Assembly: GCA_977016875.1 (NCBI GenBank)
Contig: CDRNST010000013.1
Span: 992,001-1,056,000, forward strand
Length of the DNA stretch: 64,000 bases
DNA from: Pavona decussata
Taxonomy: Eukaryota
Direction of reading: 5' to 3'
Shown: piece after piece, positions 1 to 11,906 of the stretch
How positions within the stretch are numbered: the stretch's first letter is position 1
Layout: each line of letters starts with the position of its first letter
The notes under the pieces: model-generated
The model's database searches: none
What the model saw: the letters and a program-made list of their open reading frames with translations, nothing else
Told to the model about the DNA's origin: nothing
Program-made: the position numbers and the translations under genes

Positions 1-2419
1 ACAAAGACACCGGTTTGTCGCAATATAGCCCTGGACTCCGACTTGGCTATCCCACGGTCTGCTTTTCTCGTCCTCCCTTTCGCAGTATGTTCAGAGAGCC
101 CTGGTGGAACCCGGCATCGATTAGCTCCTCTGCGCCAGCCAATTCCCAGAGATGAGCGATGGGCAGGGCAAATAGTCCACGTAGAAATATCGTGCGGAGG
201 CGCGAATATTGATGCGCGCGCTAAAACAAGCTCAACTTCTGAATGGACGTCAGTTATTCCAACACTGCGAGTGTGTCCTGTTACGTCTTTATTACAAGAC
301 GATAATGGAACAACATCTTCTCGTTCGTATCGCTTGTCAGAGGCGCAAATGCCTCCAACCAGTTTTTTAAATGAGCAAGTGACCTCCATCACTGCTACAG
401 AAGATTGATCGTCTGTAGACCTTAGCTTGAAAAACAACTTAAATCAAATTATCCTGTTAGGGAAAATTACATTACGGCCTTTAGGTTCATTCAGTTTTTG
501 TGCCTTTCACTGTCTTTCTGTAACGTCCTACCAAAAAGATTTCACACGGTACTTTCCAATGCGTTTGTTGTTTTCGTAAATGTACTGCGCCGAACGTGTA
601 CCGAGAAGTTTACTCGAAGCACAAAGTTGATGGGCTTATCACTGAGAAAATTAAAACATGGGCAAAATTTCACGAGTAGGCTGAATTAACAGGATTACCT
701 CCGAAATGGATTAATATGATTGAAATTATCGGGAAATTTTTTAATTTAACGAAGCTTGAACATACAACTACAAAATGTTTTCGACAGAGAAATATATAGC
801 TGGGGAATAGTTCTGTAAACTTCATTAAAGTTCCATCCGGGGCGGGGTGCGTCAAGACTATTTCAAACTACGGCGGTGCTTATAAGACCGCAATATAGAT
901 GATTGTGAAAAAACAATCGTGTTTTAACAAATTTGCTGCAGATTGATGAAAACTCGCGATTAAACAGGAAACTGAACTTTTTCAAGGCTCTTGTCAACGA
1001 GAAATACACGTGCCTTTTTATCTTCATAATCAAGCGGAAAAGTGCGCGTTGTTGCTGGCCTTGCTGGCCGTTGTTAACATGTTGACGGAAATTTGTCACA
1101 TCAAACTGTAAAAGGTTTCTATAAGTCATAAATACTTTGTTTATATCACCTTATTTACTGCGCAGTTTCCTTCCCTTAAAAATCACGCAAATTGTAACTT
1201 GTATGAATTAACTATCTTTCGTGAATAATCAACTTGTGAAACAAACAACGTCAATAAACTTCACCGGGTCACGGAGAAATTCATAAGCCCCCTTATCAGC
1301 GTAGAGTCATAGATCTATGCATGTTCAAATAGTTTTAAAGACACTGGCTTCAAACGCCCTAATCTTTGGCTTGATTTTTTCCATTGCGGCCATTGCATGA
1401 GAAAAACTTTCGAGTAAAGGAAGCTGTTGCGTGACAAAAAAAAAAGAGTAAATAAATTTTGGTGACAACCGTAGCAGTTCGGCGTTTTATTAACGCTGCT
1501 GAGGCACATACTTCTTTTAATATTTCGTTTTAGCAGGGGATTATTTACCGTCAAAGGATTTTATTCTTCAGCTGGCATAAAAATGGTGGTGTAAATGTGA
1601 TGACAGTTATAAGTCAATTAAGCAATTTATTTAAGGAGATACTGAAGATGATATCAACCTCGCGCGTCAAGATGGCTAATTATGGTACACACGATGTCAT
1701 GATAAACCAACAAACTCATCTACTTTCACACAACATCTTTATTCAAGGTGAGCTAAATATGAGTTTTCTGTTGTTAGTTCCTTCCAAATATCGAGGAAAA
1801 CAAGAAAAAACATTACAAGTCCCCGCCGTTTGGTTGTTCAGAAACCGATATGCGTATTGTTTCTAGTTGTTTACAGGTTGTGATTGTCAGGATTTTGAGA
1901 GCGTTAGTTCTCGGCGCTGATAGAAAGCCCGAAACTGGTTTTTACACCCAGTTTTAGAGCGGCATTGTCTCAATCACGAATTCTAAATTTCAAATGATTG
2001 GGTATTTTACCGGACACGGAAACTTTCTCCTGAAAAAGTGCGCCAAATTAAGAATTTCGAACGAGCGAATTTTAGTAATTTTCAGCAGCTTCCCATGACT
2101 TTTAAAATTAAAGCACAGGTCTATAATCGGTATCAAATAATTTGTAAAGACTTTAACTGCACATTTCCAAACTTAAAATGAGGTTTTACGACGATGCGAA
2201 GTAAACAGAGCAAAGTTGAAAGGCAGTACGAGACACGTTTTTTGGGGGTGTTTTTCTAGACACGTCGGGTCGGGATAGATTTTAATTTTTTTCTCTGGTT
2301 TAAAAAAACATTTCAAGAAATCAAACCCACCACGATGCTACGACTACCATAGGTTATCTTTAGCCAATTTATGAACGAATTTGATTTTTTATCATGTGCC
2401 ACCTCTCGCTCGGTGTTAG

Positions 2420-5148
2420 TGGACATTCCCTCTTAAGATTCACGCGTGCGCTGTTCGGTCTCACTTCTTCGCCATTCTTACTCGGTGGAGTTATCGAAAG
2501 GCACCTCGATTCCTGGGAAACACAAACTCCAGAGCTGATAGCCGAACTACGCCGAAGCCTTTACGTTGATGACCTGGTGAGTGGAAAACCAACAGTGAAC
2601 GAGGCCCAGGATTTGAAGTGCGGAGCCATCGAAGTTTTCAAGGACGCAAAGTTTACGCTACACAAGTGGCATTCCAACGTTCCAGCCCTTGAAGAAAGTG
2701 AACCCCAAACAGAAAACGAACAAACATTCGCGAAACAACAACTTGGAATGCAAAAGGGCGAAGAAAGCAGTCTCCTGGGCCTTCCGTGGAACATTTGGAG
2801 GACAAGATCAGCGTAACCTTTCCCAAGAATAATGCAGTTAGCACAAAGAGAGGACTCCTGCACAACCTCACCACAATCTATGACCCCCTGGGCCTTGCCT
2901 CACCTCTGACGCTAAAGGGAAAATTCATCTTCCGAGACGTCTGTGTTTCCAAAGTGGCTTGGGACGCGCCGCTTCCTGATCAGACAGCAAGAGAATGGTT
3001 GAAATGGGAGAAGATCGTACCACAAGAGGTTGCAGCACCGAGATGTCTAGCGATAAACAAGAGAAAATCCAAGAAATCGAACTTCACGCCTTCGGGGATG
3101 CAAATGCAAAAGGCATAGCAGCTGCTGTGTATTCCATTGTGAAACAAGAATCAGGCGTGAACGTTGGACTGGTGGCCGCCAAAGCACGTTTAGCCAAACA
3201 AGGCCTGACCATACCCCGCCTGGAGCTCGTGGCTACACACATGGCAACCAACCTGATCATTAACGTGAAGCAAGCACTAGAGGGAATGCCGGTGACACAG
3301 CTACATGGGTGGCTAGACAGCTTGGTTGTACTTCACTGGTTGAAGGGTGGAGGTCAATACAAACAGTTCGTGGCAAATCGAGTGAGCAAAATACAGTCCC
3401 ATCCAGAAGTATCTTGGCATCATGTTCCAACTGAAGACAACCCTGCAGATTTGGGGAGCAGAGGCGGGCTGGTCACAGACTGCAAACCGTGGTGGAGTGG
3501 ACCGGCGTGGCTTCCCAACAAAGATGAGTGGCCCCCAGACATTGTAACCACAGCATCACCTGAAACCCAGGCAGAGGCCAAGGCGACAAAAGAACTCTTC
3601 GCCATGGCTGAGGCGAAGAACCACACATTAGACGAGTTATTGGCGAAGTTTACACTGACCAAAGCAATGAGAGTGAGTGCATGGGTATCACGATTCACGA
3701 GAAACAGTCGCCTGCCAGAGCAAGAACGAGCTACAGGACCATTGACAACCCAAGAGATGCGTGACCAGCAAATCATCTGGACAAAGCTCGCGCAAGCAAA
3801 TCATGAGAAGAGTGAAGATGAAGAACGTCTTGGATTGCAAGTCAACATCCAGGGACTCCTCGAGTGTCGAGGCCGACTCCAGGGGCACTACCCAATTTAT
3901 CTACCTGATCGACACTCATATATGCTCAAGCTCGTAGAAGACGCACACCAGCGTACCTTACACGGGGGAGTTGGTCTTACAATGGCAAGAGTTAGGCAGA
4001 ATCATTGGATACCAAGGTTGAGACGGTTAACCAAACAAGTAATCAAACAGTGTCACGGATGTCGTCGATTCCAGGGCAGAGCCGAAACGAAACCTCCGCC
4101 TGGAAACCTGCCACGAGACAGAACGGAAGGGGATCATCCGTTCCAAACTGTGGGAGTTGATTTTGCTGGACCGATCACGTATCGCATTTCCAAGAGAACC
4201 CAAGGCAAGGCGAATGTCATCCTCTACGCGTGTAGCCTCACACGAGCGGTCTACCTTGAGCTAACCTAGTCCATGGAAACTGGAGAGTTCCTGCAAACTC
4301 TTAAACGCTTGATAGCCAGAAAGGGAAGACCTGAGAAGATATACTCAGACAATGCCAAGACCTTTGTTGCCGCAGCTCAATGGTTGAAGAAAGTCCAGCA
4401 AGACGAGAAGTTCCATCACTTCCTGACAAACCAGAACATCAAATGGCAATTTAATCTGAGCCGCGCCCCCTGGTGGAGCAGACAGTTCGAACGCTTGGTG
4501 GGGGTCGTCAAAAGCGCTCTGTACAAGGCTATTGGTAATGGCTGCCTGAGCTGGACAGAACTACAAGACGTCCTCCTAGACGTGGAAGTAACCCTGAACA
4601 ACAGACCCCTTGGTTATCTGGAAGATGATATTGAAATGCCAGTGCTCACCCCGAACAGCATTCAATTTGTGGGATCGACTCAGCTACCAGAATTGGAGCC
4701 TCACCGTGAAGATGATCGTGATTTGCGCAAGAGAGCCAAGTACCTGAAGCAGTGCAAACAAACCATGTGGAACAGATGGACGAACGAGTACTTGAGAGGT
4801 CTCCACGAACAGCACAACTTAAAACACAGCCGAAAACCATGTGCACTAAATGTGGGGGATGTAGTGATCATTCAGTCCAACGAGCGAAATCGTGGCAAGT
4901 GGGCTCTGGGAGGTATTGAAGAGCTCTTCCCTGGACGAGACGGAATCATCCGAGCCCCAAAACTACGCGCGGGGAAGAGTTACCTGGAACGAGCAGTTAA
5001 CCATCTTTACCCTTTGGAGTTATCCTGTGACAGGTCGCAACCCAAGCAGCTTAATCCAGTTGCCCTTGAGTTTCGCCCTGTGCTTAACGCTGCGGCTGCA
5101 GCCAAACTACGCATACAAGACATTGCACAAGAGCAGGATGAGCTCTGA
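2420..5148 (+). mobile_element. BEL/Pao LTR retrotransposon pol (RT C-terminus, RNase H, integrase), 5'-truncated, with frameshifts and stops
   Basis: FGLTSSPFLL and LYVDD (RT); YDPLG, HAFGDA, IPRLEL, WLDS, NPADLGSRG (Pao RNase H region); HHCC zinc finger, GVDFAGP, YSDNAKTF, APWW..FERLV (integrase), split over ORFs 2394-2816, 2786-3118, 2995-4269 and 4273-5148. Confidence 0.93.
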
Positions 5149-5340
5149 TTAGAAGACATTTAGTTCCGTGAGACATTTATCTATTATAGTTTCAGTTTTA
5201 TTTCAAGAATTGACACATATATCCAAAAGAGACACTGCTTAGTGGACCTTTATTTTGTATCGTAAACATTTCGCCATTATAATTTAAGTTTCCTTTTGAA
5301 AAGTGACATATATCTCCAAAAGGACATAAATGGGGGAGAG

Positions 5341-5607
5341 TGTCGGAAACTGCCATGACAGTGTCGTGACAATTTTAATGGAGTTAGCGAATGTGTAGTA
5401 CCTGTCATTTAATCATGAGAAGAATTTCCGGTTATCAATAGATCGCGTGATAGGTAAAGAAACAAAATACCTTGTACTCGAGTAAGTTGAGTTTTTAGCA
5501 CGATTTTTGTGTGTCTATCAAGCGAGACGTGAACACCTAGTGAATAAATTACTTCTTTTAATCGGAAGAAGTGTGTTGGTTGGATATCAGGGAGGCAATT
5601 CCCAACA
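5341..5607 (+). repeat. 3' LTR of the first BEL/Pao element
   Basis: Polypurine tract GGGGGAGAG (5332-5340) directly before TGTCGGAAA; ends TTCCCAACA (TG...CA with imperfect terminal inverted repeat); contains AATAAA; right boundary coincides with the interruption of the Myb/SANT ORF. Confidence 0.75.
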
Positions 5608-6439
5608 GCCCTTGTCGGATCAGCAATAGTGACAGTAGCTGATGCGTCACTGCTCCCACTATCGGAACTTGTCAGGGAATCCTTTGGCCTCACTTGCATT
5701 ACTCGCGTTTCCTTGACAAATTTTGGGTTTACTTTGTCGGACCCTGACATGAACTCATCCATCTCATCGTAAAACTCAAAGGTCCCTGCGATCCCATCCC
5801 GTTTTGTTGTTGTTATCTTTGACAGCCTTGTATTTGTCGAACAAAGACCTCCATTTCTCTTTGACATGGGCTAATGTTTTCTCAGTTTCTATTCCAGCGC
5901 CGCTGCATAAACTCAGAAAATCTTCCATAATTGTATCCAACACGCTTTTCTTTCCATGGCTACTCTTTGGCGACCTTAGGCGATCGTAGTTGTCCCGGTA
6001 GGCGGAAATCAAGCTACGTACTTCTGCAGGTTCCCAGCTTGTACGTTGGCTCTTTTCTCCCTTCTCACCACATGTTTCAGCTTAAGAAATGCCGGCTGAT
6101 GGCTCGAAACATCCAGGAATTGGACTACAAGATAGCAGAGCCGGCTCAGGAACGTACCGTAAAGGTATTCTCGGGTTTCCAGTGAAGTAATAAGGATACG
6201 GAGGGTACGCTGGTTGTGGTTGTGGATTTCTCTCTTGCTCTCGACCTCTCTGAAATAAATAACCGTTATGCAATGGCGCATCTTGATCACCATCTTCTGG
6301 TCTAAAGTTGCTGTCAAAAACAAAACAAAAAACAATTACAAAACCATGCCGCACTAAAGGAACTCAGATAATTAGGGTATTTGGAGCAAAGACGTGTAAA
6401 ATATACTCACTGTGTCAGTGAACCTCGAAAGTTTGCCAT
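5608..6439 (-). pseudogene. Myb/SANT-like (trihelix/MADF-type) DNA-binding protein gene of the kind carried by PIF/Harbinger elements; disrupted
   Basis: KKSVLDTIMEDF...KTLAHVKEKWRSLFDKYKAVKDNNNKTG plus frameshifted TFEFYDEMDEFM; putative exon 1 at 6439-6411 with GTGAGT donor; 3' part cut by the LTR at 5607. Confidence 0.75.
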
Positions 6440-6962
6440 GCTTGTTGCCGCGTGTCTTGAACTAGGTACCTGATAGGGTATCTGCCGTGAATTCAGCGCA
6501 GCATGTGCTGCGGCTGCCGGTATTTACAATTTTCTGCCACCCGATTGATTGAACTACTCTTGTGGTTAGATAAACCATAGATAAACCATATGACCAAACA
6601 GTTTGAGTAGTTTCGTCAGGTAAAAGGCAAAAATGGTATTGATGTCGTGTGTACCACGGGAAATGGAGAAAGCAAAGGTTCCTTTCCCATTGAGTCTCAT
6701 CGACACAGTTTGTGCAAGATGAAATTTTCAGTAATTGACAGTGAGGAAGGTAAATACTTACCCTAAAAAAACCGAATAAATTTCCATTTACTCAGGAAAG
6801 TGGGACGATTTCAGATCATTACTTCTGCTACCAGAACTTGCCTGTTTTTTATGAAGTCTGTACAGTAAACATGAGCTCGCGATTTTCTCATTTTATTAGT
6901 CATGGCCGGTGGTCGGCCTCTGCACATAACGAGAGGAAGCGGGAAACTAGTGAAAGTATAAA

Positions 6963-7198
6963 CAGGGCGTACCCAATCGATGAAATCGATGATCGATGAC
7001 AATCGATGACAATTAATCGATTGATATTGATAATCGATGAACAATCGATCGTCCAGGTTTGTGTGATTATCGATTGTCATCGATTATCAATATGAATCGA
7101 TCAATTGGCATCGATTGTTATTGATTATCAATATCAATCGATTAATTGGCATCGATTGTCATCGATTATCAATATCAATCGATTAATTGGCATCGATT
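6963..7198. repeat. Left TIR plus subterminal array of 16 ATCGAT hexamers (copy 1)
   Basis: Counted by eye; interspersed with ATCAAT/ATTGAT and TAAT/ATTA. Confidence 0.9.
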
Positions 7199-8018
7199 CT
7201 TTAACAATTTTCATCTATTGGTTATTATTGTTATTTTCAGTCATGATTTCCAAAGGCAGAGTCTCTTGATGCATTTTAATGACGAAAACAATGACATCAT
7301 TGGCAGAAGATCGAGGTTTTTTTACAACTTGACAGATAATCAGCTTAATTCTGCTTAACTGAATAAAGTTGTATAGCTGTATAGCATACACATGCGTCTT
7401 GTCTTTTCGCATTTCCCGTCCTTTCCTCTGGTTTGTGCTCGATGAAAGTTACAACAATCTGATTTTATTAAAAAAAAAAAAAAACAATAAACTTGAACTT
7501 TGAAACCCAAACATCTAGAACATAACGTGAAAACACTTACAGTTTACTTACAGAGGCGATTTTTGATGTAATTGTTGTCGCGATTTTCATTGTTGTCTCG
7601 CTCGCGCTGCAACTCAAATTCTACCTGTTATCACAAGGCGTTGTGACCTTACGACGAAAACGACATCATCCTTTTTTGTAAGACGTGTTTACGCATTTAC
7701 CACATTTCGTAGACATTCTAGCTAGTGATCAAAATCGCAACTCGTTGCAGCACTATCACGAGAAAATACGCAGTGGAAATCGCGGAAATTGCAACAAAAT
7801 CGCCTGTGTAAACGAGCTGTATTAATTTTGAACGGGGTGGCCAAAAGTGTCAACTGTTTGCAACTTTGAAGTCCAGTTTACAGGAATTCACTTTCAAACT
7901 ATAACGATGTTAATAGTTTTATACCGCTTTCAAAAAAGTACCTCGCACCAATCAGTGGCACATTAGTAGCCCGGCCTCGGCATAAACAGTAGAACCCATG
8001 TCTATTAGACTGTAACTG

Positions 8019-8570
8019 TCACCACAAAAGCGGTTTACATTTACTTGCGCAAAAAAAAAAAGAGGTCAACAACAACAGCAGCAGTGCAAGGAGTATGGAA
8101 AACAGACAAGTTAGTTCCTCGAAAATAAGTGTTGCTTGAATTGACATCAGTGTGTTAATGACGTGAAGGTAAATCGCGTTTGCCATGTACGCATTGATCA
8201 GATCAATCATAAACAGTAAAAGCAGTAACAGGTGGATCACTCTTTCTTTTTTTTCATCAAAATAATAGATAAACTTTGAAGGCTGTACAATTTTACGTGC
8301 ATGACAAAACCGCGAAGAAGTGGAAGGAGAAGAGCAGGTACTCGCTTTTGCAGTGAGAGACTCGGCAGAAGTGTCCAAACTGTGGCTTGTAGTGCTTTCG
8401 TGACCAGTAGCAACTGTGCTTGTAGCGGAGGCTGTACATGTCATATTGTTTGCTTTTTCCCTTGCCGCTATAACTTTCTCGATCAGGACCGTTTTTTTCC
8501 AACTTTTTTTGTACGGCTCGCCCATTTCGTCCAAAATTTCGCGCAATAACGTAATGGTCATATCATTCAT
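8019..8570 (-). CDS. HeH/SAP/LEM-like helix-extension-helix domain, Ser/Thr linker and hydrophobic (TM-like) tail; in frame with and directly after the transposase
   Basis: MTITLLREILDEMGEPYKKSWKKTVLIEKV fits the HeH/SAP pattern; homologue at 57743-57958; separated from the transposase by TAA-ATG-AAT-GAT-ATA-TAA, which overlaps a 15-bp tandem duplication (8560-8589). Confidence 0.6.
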   Translation of the reverse strand: MNDMTITLLREILDEMGEPYKKSWKKTVLIEKVIAAREKANNMTCTASATSTVATGHESTTSHSLDTSAESLTAKASTCSSPSTSSRFCHARKIVQPSKFIYYFDEKKERVIHLLLLLLFMIDLINAYMANAIYLHVINTLMSIQATLIFEELTCLFSILLALLLLLLTSFFFCASKCKPLLW

Positions 8571-8585
8571 TTATATATCATTCAT

Positions 8586-11500
8586 TTATTTTTTCTCTTT
8601 CATCCTTTCGTTGCAAATCCTCTTTTTCTTCCTCTCTTCGTCCATTTTCTGCAGTCGTGGCAATTCCTTTAAAATATCCGTCAAATCAACGTATATCGGC
8701 CATTTAGGCTGTGAACCACTAACCTTTCCCACTACTTTGAGGATGGTATGAACTTCAGACCAACGATAGGTGGGAGTAGTTTCCAACTCCCACCCAAGAG
8801 AGTCTTTTTTCTCATAGTTTAACACCCTAAAGCAAATGGTAACTTTTTCTCTTTTTTTGGAATCTGATCGCCATTCAAAAACTGGAAAGTTTGATTTTAG
8901 AGACGGTGATCTTACAATCCTGACAATATGGGCAACTTGTAATCCTTCCGATGGAATCCACAATGCAACGATGTCGTTGATGTAAGTACCAGTTTCGACG
9001 CGTTGAGGGTTCATGAGATTTTCGATTTTTTCATAAAAATCGTTTCTCGCCGACTCCATCCATCGTGCAAGTCGTGATGTGGCAGGACGGTATACTTTAC
9101 CTTCCTGCAATGACAGAAATTCTGCCATATGGTAATGTTGCCCTTCATGCTCTACATAATTTGGACGAATAGAGTAATTGGTTTGACGTTCTGCGCTTTT
9201 GGTTTTTTGGTCAACCCGAAGGCGTTTTGGCTGGGGCTCGAGAATAACGTTTTCGTCCACCAGTGAATGCTTTTCTGACTCTAAAGCTACCAATTTGTCA
9301 CGAAAATGTTCCCTGATGTTGGTATGTTTGGGGCAGATAAGTGTATACTCGTCTCTTTCCTTGTCTGTTGCGAATTGCAGAGAGAGACACTGTTCGTGAT
9401 ACCAATCTTTGCAAGTAGGATAACTGCATCCCACCCAGTGAGTGTTTTTGGGAGGGATAAACGATTTATCTAGGTACTTGCACTTCCTTTCTTTATAGAA
9501 TGAACAATGTGTAGGACTGTCTTCATCGTCATCTTTGTCTTCCTCATCCTGATCAGTGTCTAAAGAGGCTGTCGCGGCCAAATCTACCAACGCACTAAAA
9601 TGATTGCTTCCATGATCTTCAATGGCAGTTAAAAGCACCTCATTGTCTAAATCAAATAGATCCTCACTAGATATTACCTCATTCTCATCAGGTGCGTCCC
9701 ATACGGCAAACGTTCCAAACTCGGGAGTAGTTATATTGATAATGTCATCGCCCTCTAATTTAAGGATGTTTCCTTTGACTAAAGCTGGCAACATACCTAT
9801 AAGCTCTAACGTCTTCAGAACTTCTTTCTCTGCCATTATCATGCCTGCCTTAAGTTCATCGTCGATGTTTTGTGGCCATTGCGGCAGTTGCATGTCTTGA
9901 GCCTCTTTTTCTACTCCCAATTTCAGTTCTAATTTTTGCACTCTTCCTGAGAAATCTATCATGTCTAGCAAGGATAAATTAGGCTTCCCTCGACAGAAAC
10001 ATCGCAACTTTCCAAATAATTCCTCGCACTTTTGCGAACCAAATGTCCAAGGATGAAACACATGATTCGGAAAATACACCGAAAACATCTTCATTGATAG
10101 AATGAGGCTATGTCCCGCCAGAATTGTATCATCAAACGTTTGCTGTGAAATAAAGTTTTGATGAGCATCGTATCCTTCAATTTTTAACCAGGCTCGCCAA
10201 TATCGAAGGAATGTCACAGGTGCCCAGGCAAGCTTTGCGCGTTGTTGCACAGTCAATTCCCTCTCCGTATACGCCTCTAGCAAATACTGCCCCATTTGCA
10301 AGTATGCTCTTGTCGCAAGAGTTTCCTTATCACTCCACTCTTTCATACAAACCCTGACTTCTTTCTGTAAAATTCTCATGGCCGCATTGACGTTCTGCTT
10401 GTCTTTCATGAAAACGTCACTTTTCCATAGACCCGATCTTATTCTGTCCTTTTCAAGCACCTTTATTATATGTTCTATTTGAGCGGTACCTTTGCCAATA
10501 ATGAGAATGCGTTTAACGTTCAGTAGTTGGTTGCGCCATTTTTTTATTAGATGTCGCCAATCTGGGAACATGAGGGTTGGTACGGAAGTATCAATATCCA
10601 TGTTCTGATAGTCTTCAACTACAATGTTGAACTCAAAGGAGTTATAATGAAGACTGACGATATCGTTTCTGTCCTCTTCCCGTTTTTTGAAGCGATCGAC
10701 ATAATATTTACGGACTTTGGAATCACCATCCGCTCCTAATCCAACTACTTTCATACCGTTACGCAATCCCCACAAAGCGACTTGATTGAACCAGTGGTTC
10801 ACAAGGGCGTGGTCTTGACCCTTATAAACAGGGCTGATAGCCAAAACAAACGACGGTACGTGATCTTCCAGTGGTGCCAGCAAAAATGCATTAGCTTGTT
10901 TAGCCCTTTCGTTACTTCCATCCTTCACTACATCTATAATGTCTTGAGCGGTAGTGAGGACACACTCACTTTCTGTTGCCAAACCTATCAGCTTATTACC
11001 TTTAACGCGCAGGGTGGGAATGACCGCAGTTGCGTCGATCGCCAGCTGGAAAACGCCATTATAGCCAATTTTCTTGTAAAATGATGCGGCTAGTTTCATG
11101 GCGTTTTCCTCTAACTTAATAGGAATGGCATAGTTACACCTTGCTGTGCGGTACATCGTGTTTAAACTGGGACCACCAATTTTATCCTTAACGATTTTGG
11201 CCAACGCTGGACCTCCATAGTCAAGAATGGTTGTAAAGAGGGATTTCGTCTCATCGCTCCATCGCTTAACTGGCGTGCCTCGATTGTGAATCAAGTTCTT
11301 AAGTAAGGAAGCCAATACTAAACAGTCTTTATCAGGATTTTCCATCATAGCAGCAATTTTAATAGCTATATCAGGAACAGCACGATTAATATTGTTTTGT
11401 TCCGTTAGTGCCTTAAGTTCTTCAAGCGCAATTTCTTTATCTCTTAACTGTGTCTGCATATCTCGTACTTTTGCGCGATACATATCAAGAAGTGCGGAAT

Positions 11501-11906
11501 ACTCAACCATGTCTTGCAACAGACATTGTACAGCTTTTGATCCTGTTGCCTCCCTTGATGATATTTGTGACATTTCGAGAACGATCTTGACTTGTCGTAA
11601 AGCGTTTTCTTCGAACTTTTCTACCTCTGTACTTAAAGTAGTTAGAATTTCGGGACCAATAGTTGCCGCGGTTCTGACGGATGCTAGAGTAGACGACAAA
11701 ATTACTTTTTGTACACTTCTTGCCATGGCCAATTGTTCCCGTTGGAATTTGTCAACATTATCCCTCACTATTTCCTCTACAGAAATGTCCGAAGTAGTTT
11801 TATCAGGTTTGGGTTGCGTTGTTGTAGATGTACTGGACTTTGCAATGGACCTTCCGAGTCTTGTTCCAAGTTCTTTTTCAATTTGAACTTTTGTCCTTGA
11901 CTCGAT
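8586..11906 (-). CDS. P-element/THAP9-type DDE transposase (main exon) with C-terminal acidic linker and PHD finger
   Basis: GPSLNTM (P-type PS..TL helix), LAIDATA (D1), GLGADGD (D2), FPDWRHLIKKWRNQLL (DxxH...RN), KDKQNVNAA, SQKCEELFGKLR (E); PHD-like WVGCSYPTCKDWYHEQC...ICPKH; frame open up to a TTTTAG acceptor at 11907; an upstream exon ends at 12120 (AAG|GTTAGT). Confidence 0.88.
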   Translation of the reverse strand: MESRTKVQIEKELGTRLGRSIAKSSTSTTTQPKPDKTTSDISVEEIVRDNVDKFQREQLAMARSVQKVILSSTLASVRTAATIGPEILTTLSTEVEKFEENALRQVKIVLEMSQISSREATGSKAVQCLLQDMVEYSALLDMYRAKVRDMQTQLRDKEIALEELKALTEQNNINRAVPDIAIKIAAMMENPDKDCLVLASLLKNLIHNRGTPVKRWSDETKSLFTTILDYGGPALAKIVKDKIGGPSLNTMYRTARCNYAIPIKLEENAMKLAASFYKKIGYNGVFQLAIDATAVIPTLRVKGNKLIGLATESECVLTTAQDIIDVVKDGSNERAKQANAFLLAPLEDHVPSFVLAISPVYKGQDHALVNHWFNQVALWGLRNGMKVVGLGADGDSKVRKYYVDRFKKREEDRNDIVSLHYNSFEFNIVVEDYQNMDIDTSVPTLMFPDWRHLIKKWRNQLLNVKRILIIGKGTAQIEHIIKVLEKDRIRSGLWKSDVFMKDKQNVNAAMRILQKEVRVCMKEWSDKETLATRAYLQMGQYLLEAYTERELTVQQRAKLAWAPVTFLRYWRAWLKIEGYDAHQNFISQQTFDDTILAGHSLILSMKMFSVYFPNHVFHPWTFGSQKCEELFGKLRCFCRGKPNLSLLDMIDFSGRVQKLELKLGVEKEAQDMQLPQWPQNIDDELKAGMIMAEKEVLKTLELIGMLPALVKGNILKLEGDDIINITTPEFGTFAVWDAPDENEVISSEDLFDLDNEVLLTAIEDHGSNHFSALVDLAATASLDTDQDEEDKDDDEDSPTHCSFYKERKCKYLDKSFIPPKNTHWVGCSYPTCKDWYHEQCLSLQFATDKERDEYTLICPKHTNIREHFRDKLVALESEKHSLVDENVILEPQPKRLRVDQKTKSAERQTNYSIRPNYVEHEGQHYHMAEFLSLQEGKVYRPATSRLARWMESARNDFYEKIENLMNPQRVETGTYINDIVALWIPSEGLQVAHIVRIVRSPSLKSNFPVFEWRSDSKKREKVTICFRVLNYEKKDSLGWELETTPTYRWSEVHTILKVVGKVSGSQPKWPIYVDLTDILKELPRLQKMDEERKKKRICNERMKEKK

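Noticed and set aside
1-2410. Short ORFs and a possible element end near 2407
   Set aside because: No recognisable domains, and the partner terminus is not in the window
5409-5867. 152-aa ORF as a real gene
   Set aside because: Chimera of the Myb/SANT 3' part reading into the antisense LTR at 5607
6963-7198. ATCGAT array as a CRISPR array or bacterial Dam/iteron cluster
   Set aside because: No constant repeat with unique spacers and no cas genes; the context is eukaryotic and the arrays sit at transposon termini
8293-11900. Plus-strand and alternate-frame ORFs overlapping the transposase (likewise within both BEL elements)
   Set aside because: Antisense or shadow ORFs of long coding regions with no independent motifs
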